Shown: positions 55,276 to 63,038 of the stretch, piece by piece | Layout: the number at the start of each line of letters is the position of its first letter | Position numbering within the stretch: position 1 is the first letter of the stretch | Assembly: GCA_040882605.1 (NCBI GenBank) | Contig: JBBEAY010000017.1 | Span: forward strand, 96,150-160,149 | Direction of reading: 5' to 3' | Length of the DNA stretch: 64,000 nt | Origin: Actinomycetota bacterium | GTDB lineage: Bacteria > Actinomycetota > UBA4738 > HRBIN12 | Program-made: the position numbers and the translations under genes | The notes under the pieces: model-generated | Seen by the model: the letters and a program-made list of their open reading frames with translations, nothing else | The model's database searches: none | Told to the model about the DNA's origin: nothing

Positions 55276-58200
55276 TCATGCGCTCATCTCCTTGAAGCGG
55301 CACAGGGCGTTCACCAGCTCCATCTGCCGGGGGGTCTTGCACATCACGCGCAGAAGCTCCGGGCTCGCGACGACGACGGCCAGGCACCGAGCACGCGACG
55401 TCGCCACGTTCAACCGATGCAGGTCGAAGAGGAACTCCGTGCCGCGGGGGGCGTCCTCGACCGATGAGGAGGCCATCGAGTAGATGACCGCCGCGCCTTG
55501 CCGGCCCTGGAACTTGTCGACCGTGCCCACACGGACGGGCTCAACGCCGAGCCGGCGGAATGCCTGCTCGATCTCGCGGATCTGAGCGTTGTATGGCGTG
55601 ACGACTAGGACGTCCTCGGCACTGATGGCTGACTCGCTACCGTCCTGCTTCCTCCACCGACGGGTGCGCAGCTCTGCCACCAGTGACGCGACAGCCTCGG
55701 CCTCCTCCGGCGAGTCGTTCGTGTTCCCCTCGTGCGGCACGGGCCAGAACCGCAAGCCCGTGCCAGAGAGCCCGCCCGCGCCGAGCACGGTTTGGTGCTC
55801 GAGCCCCTCGATGCCCTTCAGCCGTCCCTCGTAGAACACCTCTGACGTGAACGAGCAGACGTCCGGATGCATCCGGCGGGTTCGTTCGATGAAGAGACCC
55901 CGCTCCGGGGGCATCGTCGCGTGGTCGCCCAGGATGTGCCCGAGCGCGGACTCCCCGGCGCCGGGCGGGTGCGCTGCTTGGCTTGGCTGACCCAGCTGCC
56001 GCGGATCCCCCAGCAGCACGACGCTCTGCGCGGCGTGCGCGACCGCGAGAGCATTCGCGAGTGAAACCTGGCTGGCCTCATCCACGATCAGCACGTCGAC
56101 GCTCTTGGCTGCGTCTTCATGGGCCCACAGCCAAGCGGTCCCACCCAGCACGTCGATCTCGTCTTCGGACAAGGCGGTCAAGGCGCCGGTGTTGTTCGCG
56201 TAGAGGTGCCCCTGTGCATCCGCAGCACCCGAGATCTGGCGCGGATCGCCGGAAGACTTCTGACCGATCCGAACCGTCGCCCCCGCGGCGATCGCCACAC
56301 GGTTCACCTCCTCGAGCAGGTTGCAGATCACCGCATGAGAGGTCGCCGTGATCCCGACCTTCTTCCCGGCGGTCACAAGCTCGACGACCTGCCGAGCCCC
56401 GGTGTAGGTCTTGCCCGTACCCGGAGGCCCCTGGATCGGCAGCACGGAACGATCCAAGATCGTGGCGATACGGGCACCTGCGTCGGCGGCCGCCTCGCCC
56501 TCGAGACGGAGCGAGCCGGCCCCTGCCCGGGGCGTGCGCCGCAAGAGGAGGTCCAGAGCCGCGTCGCTCGGCCACTCGCCCGCACCGAGATCGCGGATGC
56601 GCTCGCCGAGCTCCCGCAGACGTGCCCGATGCTCCGGTGTCCTGAAGATCACGTGCTCGATGAGGGCCGAAGGGGTCAGGTCCTTCTTCTTCGCGCTCCT
56701 CTTCAGCACGACGGTGCCGTTGGCCTCGTCCACCTCGACGATCGGCCACGACTGGCCGTCACGGGTCTTCCCGGTGTCACCGGTGTCGAAGGGGTGCTCC
56801 TGCGGTGGGAAGGAGAACCGGACCAGGTCCGACTGCGCCTCGCGTCCCTCGACCCCTAGGAACGTGAGTCCCGCGAGGGCGTCGCGCTCTCGGAGCAGCT
56901 CGTCGTCTCCCAGCCGGAGCAGGTAGAACCATCGCCACCACCTCGGCTTGTCCTCGCGGCGATGCCATTCCAGGAGGTTGGCGATGAGCTCGCGGGCTCG
57001 CTCCTCATCGGTGCTCGGACCCTCAGTCGGTACACCCGCGAGCAGTGCCTCGCGCAGCTCACGGATCGCGGGATCGTCTCGGTCCTCCTCAGCGGCGGGC
57101 GGCTCAGGCCGAGGAACCTCGTGCCCCAGCTCAGCAGCGAGGTCCAGTCGGCGCGCCTCCAGCCAGTCCCGCAGCGCGAGCGTCGACCTGCAGTCGTCCT
57201 CGTTGTAGCCGGCGATCACTGTTTGTGTCTCGATGTCTTGCTCGGCATCGCCGTCATCGAGCGCGGCCTCGAACAGCACCATGCGCTCGTTCACGTCCGG
57301 GAGCGCCACGACCCGCTGGTAGCCGCAGTGTTCCTCGAGGCGCTTGATCGAATAGCTCTCCACCGACGCGCGCACGCCCTGGCGCACCACGCGGTACAGG
57401 TCCACGAAGACGCTTTGGCGGAAGAGGTCGTCGACCTCGTCCTCGTGTGTGGCGAACCGTCCCATCAACCGCCCCACGATCTCCTCGCGCGTCTCGTGCA
57501 GATCCGCGAGGTGCGTCACGTTCGTGGGCTCGTAGTGGTTGTAGTGATAGACGTGCAGGTTCGGTCGCTCGGCGCGCCGCTCCGCGATGAAGTCCACGAG
57601 CTGCTCGAACGCCTGCTTCTCGCCGACCCGATCGAACGACCAGAACTGGTGGTAGCGCGGCTGGCCTTGCTCGTCGAGGTCGGCCGTGTCGACGATGCCG
57701 AACAGGTACTGCAGACCGAACTCCTTGTCGTCCTCGGAGTAGAACCGGGCGCCCTCGATGTCGAAGAACAGGTCGCCTTCGGCGGGCTCGGGAAGCGCCA
57801 GGAGCCCACGGTTCGGGACGAGCACTCCCTCTTCCCGCTCGGGCGGCACGAGCGCCCACTCCGGCTTGCCGGTGCGCCGGCCCTTCAGCTGGATCGAAGC
57901 CTGCGCATGGCTGCGAACCAGGCTGTCGATGTTCATCCGATCCAGCTGGGGGAAGCGGGTCGAGCTCCGCGAAGGCCTCGAGCGTCATGATCCCCGCGTC
58001 CTTCAGAGCCTTCCGCTGCCGGGACGAGATGCCGGCGACCAGGGAGAGGTCGTCATCGTCGTGACGCTTCCGGTTGCAGACCACGCGCCACCGGCAGATC
58101 ACGCAATGCTCGTTGGGTTCGGGGTAGGTCGGTGCGCCGGTCTCGTCGGTAGCGAGGAACTCGGTCAGGAGCCGGTAGACCTGCCGTTCGTACGCGCCGT

Positions 58201-58750
58201 AGGCAGCCACCCGGAACGGCTGCAGCTCTTCCTCGCCGCCCAGCGCCAGGTGCATCCACTCCGGCGCGAACCCTTGGACCGCTGTGAGGAGCCTGGTGTA
58301 GTAGGCGATCTGCAGAACCGCGTTGGCCTTGGCGCTGCGAGCGAGCTTCGCGTCCACGACCTCGTATCCGCGAGCACCCTCGCGAAGCAGGTCCGCGCGG
58401 ATGAGGAAGTCCGCCCGCCCGTAGCGGTCGCCGTCGAGGAACACGGCCTGGTCGATCACATCCGCACCGCGGGCGATCGCGGCGCGAGTCTGTTCGGCGG
58501 AAGCCTCCGGGTGCTCCCAGTCGATGGGGATGGTCTCGATCGCCCACCCGCGCTCGAGGAACCGGTTCCGGACCGCCTTTTCGTGCTGATCTCCACGGGC
58601 GGCGAGGGCATTTCTCCCTACATCACGAAGGTGGGGGTGGGGCACGCGTCCGTGGGCTCGAGCGGTGTCGAGCCGGGTGAGGTGGCGACAGGCAAGGAAG
58701 TTGGAGAGGTCCGACGCCGTGATGCGCAGTTGATCGTTGAGGAGCTTCAT
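55276..58750 (-). pseudogene. PD-(D/E)XK (Cas4/RecB-like, TM0106-type) nuclease + RNaseH-like + SF1 (DNA2/Upf1-type) helicase, ~1150 aa, split by a 1-nt insertion
   Basis: N-part is track ORF 57254..58750: MKLLNDQLRITASDLSNFLACRHL...EVVDAKLARS...CVICRWRVVC...LSLVAGISSRQRKALKDAGIMTLEAFAEL. C-part is ORF 55276..57936: FFDIEGA...HYNHYE, QGPPGTGKT, LIVDEASQ, LLGDPRQL, VDKFQGRQ. The frames join if one A of AA at 57953-54 is removed, as in the paralogous copy at 62120. Confidence 0.8.
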
Positions 58751-58785
58751 CAGGATCTCATCATCGCCCGAAGAGGCATCGAGAG
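57920..58785. repeat. Direct duplication, copy 1 (5' 0.86 kb of the nuclease-helicase gene plus ~35 bp upstream)
   Basis: Aligns with 62088..62950. 58023..58375 is 353/353 identical to 62190..62542. The flanks are visibly diverged (roughly 85-90% by eye). Confidence 0.9.
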
Positions 58786-58888
58786 TCGGTGTCCAATAGT
58801 GAGCTTGTCGGTGCCGTCAGTGCGGTCGAGCGCGCCCGGTCGCCGCTTCCTGGCCGGAGCGATACAGTCCAACTCTCTGACGGGGGAA

Positions 58889-58908
58889 GAATCACATCAG
58901 TGTGATTC
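58889..58908. promoter_or_regulatory. Perfect palindrome GAATCACA-tcag-TGTGATTC in the divergent promoter region
   Basis: 8-4-8 inverted repeat 43 nt upstream of the TTG start of the PRTase gene. GATAGT follows at 58912-17. Confidence 0.45.
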
Positions 58909-58950
58909 ATGCGATAGTCTCGCTTGGAGTAGTCGAAGGAGGGAGACGCG

Positions 58951-59520
58951 TTGTCCGATCCTCGAGAATCCGTGGTGCGGCTCGTTCGCGAGAAGGCGTA
59001 CGAGAGAAGAGATGTCCCCTTCCAACTTTCCTCGGGTGAGATGAGCCACGACTACTTCGACGGCAAGAGAGCTCTCTCGAACGCCGACGATCTGCGACTA
59101 GCGGCCCAGACCGTGATCGATCTGGCGAACGAACGCGGAGTTGATTTCGACTGCGTCGGTGGGTTGACCATGGGGGCCGACGCGCTCGCCCACGGCATCG
59201 CCTTGCTGTCCGGCACGTCGTGGTTCACCGTCCGCAAGGCCGCCAAGGAGCACGGGAAGCAGCAACTCATCGAAGGCGCGGACGTGGATGGAACCTCTGC
59301 CCTTCTCGTCGACGATGTCGTCACCACTGGCGGCTCCATCGAGCAAGCATTGGACGCGATCGTGCAAGCCGGCGCAACAGTGCGGTTGGCTGTCTGCTTG
59401 GTCGACCGGTCTGGGCGAGCGCACGAGCTTCTCTCCTCGCACGATGTCGAGTTCGCCCCTCTCTGCACCTGGGAGGATCTTGGCATCGCGCCAGTGGGCG
59501 ATGGACGAGTCTTCGCTTAG
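58951..59520 (+). CDS. PyrE-like orotate-type phosphoribosyltransferase
   Basis: 189-aa track ORF with a TTG start after GAAGGAGGG. FQLSSGEMSHDYFD, GGLTMGADALA, VRKAAKEHGKQQLIEG, ALLVDDVVTTGGS, CLVDRSG follow the PyrE architecture. Confidence 0.8.
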   Translation: MSDPRESVVRLVREKAYERRDVPFQLSSGEMSHDYFDGKRALSNADDLRLAAQTVIDLANERGVDFDCVGGLTMGADALAHGIALLSGTSWFTVRKAAKEHGKQQLIEGADVDGTSALLVDDVVTTGGSIEQALDAIVQAGATVRLAVCLVDRSGRAHELLSSHDVEFAPLCTWEDLGIAPVGDGRVFA

Positions 59521-59896
59521 GGCAGTCGCCCGAGAAGGCCTGGGATCTCAGCCCAAAGCTGAGGAGCTCGCCACTTGGTGCAAGGAATACGGAACGGCGG
59601 CCGCGGACTCCCGCTACTTCGTTCTGGCTGAGACGTTCGACGAGGTTTCCGGGCATTGGGAACAGGCGCTGCCGGTCGACGTGCTCGAAGAGATCAACCG
59701 GCTCCTGGCCGAGGACCTTCCTTCGATCCTTGATGCTGACGTCGAGGTCGGGACACACCTCGCCGTGCAACTTCAGTCGGGGATCCGAGAAGAACTCGTC
59801 AGATGGGCGGAGTGGAGACGAGCCGCTGCCGACGAGAAGACCCAGGGGCGTTCCGAGTGGGAGGCCTGGAGGGGCGGGCCCGAAACGGAAGGGTAG
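59501..59896 (+). CDS. Hypothetical protein (131 aa)
   Basis: Frame of track ORF 59288..59896 trimmed to MDESSLRAVAREGL. Overlaps the PRTase 3' end by 20 nt. No recognisable domain. Confidence 0.5.
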   Translation: MDESSLRAVAREGLGSQPKAEELATWCKEYGTAAADSRYFVLAETFDEVSGHWEQALPVDVLEEINRLLAEDLPSILDADVEVGTHLAVQLQSGIREELVRWAEWRRAAADEKTQGRSEWEAWRGGPETEG

Positions 59897-60172
59897 GTGG
59901 GCTCCTTGTCCCGAAACGACGACCGCACGTTCGATGAGCTCATCCGTCAGCTGACCGAGAGGGAACCCGCCACCCCGGTCGCCGTCAGCGGCGAGCTGGC
60001 GAGGCTCACGCTCCCGCGCAGAGAGCATGGGGGGATGCCGGAGGGCTGGTACATCATCAGGGTCGAGCTGCTCTCGGGGCACGGCGAAGAGTTCGCCCCG
60101 TCGCCTGGCCGTGACCTGCTGGTGTCCCCGCATCACACGTTCCGCTACGGGCGCACGACGCCCGAGGGCTGA
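59897..60172 (+). CDS. Hypothetical 91-aa ORF, possibly a truncated pRiA4b-ORF3/IS1096-TnpR-passenger-like fragment
   Basis: GTG directly after the previous TAG. WYIIRVELLSGHGEEFAPSPGRDLLVSPHHTF resembles the start of that family, but the ORF stops about 10 aa later. Confidence 0.35.
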   Translation: MGSLSRNDDRTFDELIRQLTEREPATPVAVSGELARLTLPRREHGGMPEGWYIIRVELLSGHGEEFAPSPGRDLLVSPHHTFRYGRTTPEG

Positions 60173-60290
60173 CGGGCGGCCCGGGGGGCTCTGGAGGTGG
60201 AGGCTCCGTGTCTGACCCTGGTCCCGCTCACTCCGAGTGCCGGCGGTTACACGAATATCGGTCATACGGGGGATAGCGCCACAACTCCTA

Positions 60291-60329
60291 AGTTGCGACT
60301 CTTACCGAAGTATGGTCAAAGTCGTAACT
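60291..60329. promoter_or_regulatory. Imperfect inverted repeat AGTTGCGACT ...19 nt... AGTCGTAACT in an AT-richer spacer
   Basis: 9/10 complementary arms, 16 nt upstream of the XRE-ImmA start. Candidate operator. Confidence 0.3.
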
Positions 60330-60344
60330 CAAGAAGGGAGAGAG

Positions 60345-61538
60345 ATGACGGTCGACCGAGGACTCATCCGCGAACGGAACAAGATCGGGTACTCGCAGGA
60401 AGAGGTATCGCATGCCCTCGGCGTCAGCCGCGCCATGATCTCCTACTGGGAGTCGGGCACGCGGCGTCCCAACGACCGCCAGCTCGTCGCTCTGGCGAAC
60501 CTTTTCGGCGTCGAGCCCGGTGAGCTACTCAGCGATGCCGCTGGGGATCCCGAAGGGGCCGATCTGGCCCAGATGATGTTCCGTGGCGAGACGATGGAAC
60601 TGTCTGCTCCCGCCCGCCACGGGATCGAGCGGTTCGTTCGGTTCCTCGACGACTACGCAGAGCTCTCTGAGCTCGCGAAGATCCCCATCCGGGGGGCGAT
60701 GCAGAGCCCCTTCGGTCTCACTGCCGGGTATGACAGCACCGAAGATGCCCGGCGGAAGGCCGAGGAGGTGCGAGCCCACCTACGATTGGGTCTCGGGCCG
60801 GTCGGGGACGTCGACATGGCCTGTGAACTGCTCGGCATCACCGTGTTCCGCGCAGACCTGGGGGACGATCTCGACTCGGCTCCGTCAGGCGCCTTCCTCA
60901 AGCATCCGCGAGTGGGCTTGTCGATCCTCGTCAACCTCCAGATGACTCCGGGGCGTCGTCGCTTCACCGTCGCTCATGAGGTGGGTCACGCCCTCTTCCA
61001 TAGCGACCGGCATTCTTTCGTCGTGTCGCGCCGGACCGGGGACGGTGTGGAGAAGTTCGCGAACGCTTTCGCTGGCGAGTTCCTGATGCCTGTGGAGGGC
61101 CTCCGCCGCGCTATGGAAGAGCAGGGTTTCGGCCCACGGATCGAGGATGCGGCCGACGTGGTGCATCTGCAGCGATTCTTCCGCGTTTCCTACGCGAGCA
61201 CGCTTGTCCGGCTGCGCCAGGCCCGATTCCTCACATCCGCACGGTACGACGAGTTCCGGCAGATCCGCCCAGTTCTCTTCGCAGCCGCGCTGGGCTACGA
61301 AACGGTCGACGAGGAGTACGAGCAAGACGTGGAGCATTGGCGGATCCGTCGCTTCCCTCCGAAGTTCGTGCGGATGATCCGCGTTGCGGTCGAAGGCGGT
61401 GTCATCTCATCGGGGACCGCTGCGGCGATCACCGGGCTGTCCATCGACGAGATCGAGGAGCTCGTTGCCCAGGACGGTCCCGCGGACCCGGAGACGCGAG
61501 CCGAGATCGAGGAGTTCGCAGGCATCCTTGATGGCTGA
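60345..61538 (+). CDS. XRE HTH fused to an ImmA/IrrE-type zinc metallopeptidase
   Basis: Track ORF 60237..61538 trimmed to MTVDRGLIRERNKIGYSQEEVSHALGVSRAMISYWESG after AAGGGAGAGAG. HEXXH = FTVAHEVGHALFH. Confidence 0.8.
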   Translation: MTVDRGLIRERNKIGYSQEEVSHALGVSRAMISYWESGTRRPNDRQLVALANLFGVEPGELLSDAAGDPEGADLAQMMFRGETMELSAPARHGIERFVRFLDDYAELSELAKIPIRGAMQSPFGLTAGYDSTEDARRKAEEVRAHLRLGLGPVGDVDMACELLGITVFRADLGDDLDSAPSGAFLKHPRVGLSILVNLQMTPGRRRFTVAHEVGHALFHSDRHSFVVSRRTGDGVEKFANAFAGEFLMPVEGLRRAMEEQGFGPRIEDAADVVHLQRFFRVSYASTLVRLRQARFLTSARYDEFRQIRPVLFAAALGYETVDEEYEQDVEHWRIRRFPPKFVRMIRVAVEGGVISSGTAAAITGLSIDEIEELVAQDGPADPETRAEIEEFAGILDG

Positions 61539-62088
61539 TCCCGCCGTCGTCGACACAGTCGTCCTCAGGTACTTCCTCTTCGTCGAGCGGGCGGAGTTGC
61601 TCGCGGCCCTCCTGCAGCCCCCGATCTACGTCCCCAGGATCGTCTTCGATCCCGATGAGGGCGACGTGCCAGAGCTGGCGATGAGCGAGGTGACGCGGAG
61701 CATCCTCGTGCAGACACGTACGGCGCAAGATGAGACCCGTCCGAGTGACGCGAGGGGTGAAGCTTCGCTGAAGGCGGAACGGTTGACCCAGGTTCATGCC
61801 CTTTACGCGCGCGGGGACCTCATCGTGGCCGACCTCACCGACGAGGAGCTCCGCGTCTTCGCTCAGCTCACCGCCACCGCGGGTGCCCGCGCACTCGGGC
61901 TGAGGTTCCGCATCCACCCGGGGGAGGCAGCATGCGTAGCGGTCGGCCTCGCCCGGAACCATGTCGTCGTGACCGATGACGGCGACGCCCTGAAAGCACT
62001 CGAAGCGCTTCGACCTGGGCACCCCTACGAGCGATGCAGGAAGCTCCTGGGGTTCCGGGACACGGAGCCGCCATTCCCTGTGCCGTGA
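61531..62088 (+). CDS. PIN-like nuclease-domain protein, C-terminus probably altered at a rearrangement junction
   Basis: Frame of track ORF 61384..62088 trimmed to MADPAVVDTVVLRYF (first acidic residue). ...IHPGEAACVAVGLARNHVVVTDDGDALKAL. The start overlaps the ImmA stop by 8 nt. The stop abuts the duplication breakpoint at 62088. Confidence 0.55.
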   Translation: MADPAVVDTVVLRYFLFVERAELLAALLQPPIYVPRIVFDPDEGDVPELAMSEVTRSILVQTRTAQDETRPSDARGEASLKAERLTQVHALYARGDLIVADLTDEELRVFAQLTATAGARALGLRFRIHPGEAACVAVGLARNHVVVTDDGDALKALEALRPGHPYERCRKLLGFRDTEPPFPVP

Positions 62089-62950
62089 GGCTGTCGGTGT
62101 TCACTCGATCGAGCTGGGGGAGCAGGTCGAGGTCCGCGAAGGACTCGAGGGTCATGATCCCCGCTTCCTTCAGCGCCTTGCGCTGCCTCGACGAGATGCC
62201 GGCGACCAGGGAGAGGTCGTCATCGTCGTGACGCTTCCGGTTGCAGACCACGCGCCACCGGCAGATCACGCAATGCTCGTTGGGTTCGGGGTAGGTCGGT
62301 GCGCCGGTCTCGTCGGTAGCGAGGAACTCGGTCAGGAGCCGGTAGACCTGCCGTTCGTACGCGCCGTAGGCAGCCACCCGGAACGGCTGCAGCTCTTCCT
62401 CGCCGCCCAGCGCCAGGTGCATCCACTCCGGCGCGAACCCTTGGACCGCTGTGAGGAGCCTGGTGTAGTAGGCGATCTGCAGAACCGCGTTGGCCTTGGC
62501 GCTGCGAGCGAGCTTCGCGTCCACGACCTCGTATCCGCGAGCCCCCTCGCGAAGGAGGTCGGCGCGGATAAGGAAGTCGGCCCGTCCGTACCTGTCGCCG
62601 TCGAGGAACACGGCCTGGTCGATCACATCCGCGCCACGGGCGATCGCGGCGCGAGTCTGTTCGGCGGAAACTTCCGGGTGCCCCCAGTCGATAGGGATGG
62701 TCGCGATCGCCCACCCGCGCTCGAGGAACCGGTTCCGGACCGCTTCTTCGTTTTGGTCACCGCGTGCGACGAGGGCGTCCCTCCCTACGTCACGGAGGTG
62801 CGGGTGGGGGACACGCCCGTGGGCTCGAGCGGTATCGAGCCGCGTGAGGTGACGGCAGGCAAGGAAGTTGGACAGGTCCGACGCCGAGACGCGCAGTTCA
62901 TCGATGAGGAGCTTCACGGGTCCCATCATCGTCCGAGGGGACATTGAGAG
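62088..62950. repeat. Direct duplication, copy 2
   Basis: See copy 1 (57920..58785). The offset between copies is 4168 bp. Confidence 0.9.
62089..62917 (-). pseudogene. Truncated paralogue: PD-(D/E)XK nuclease + HhH part only (about 275 aa) of the nuclease-helicase
   Basis: Track ORF 61868..63106. By homology it starts at the GTG at 62917 (VKLLIDELRVSASDLSNFLACRHL...). Homology ends after ...LLPQLDRVNTDSL at 62089. The ORF then runs on antisense to the PIN gene. Confidence 0.75.
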
Positions 62951-63038
62951 AAAGCGTGCAGGCTTGATTAAGGAGGGGCGTCGGCGCGGCGGGGTAGGAT
63001 TTCCTCGTGCACAACCTCCCTCTGTTGGTGTGTGAGCG

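Noticed and set aside
57945-57960. Programmed ribosomal frameshift at CTT-CCC-CCA in the nuclease-helicase.
   Set aside because: There is no canonical slippery heptamer or obvious downstream stimulator, and the paralogous copy is simply in frame with one base fewer. A mutation or assembly indel is the simpler explanation.
61868-62088. C-terminal ~75 codons of track ORF 61868..63106.
   Set aside because: Homology to the full-length nuclease ends at 62089. The remainder is read-through antisense to the PIN-like gene, not genuine coding sequence.
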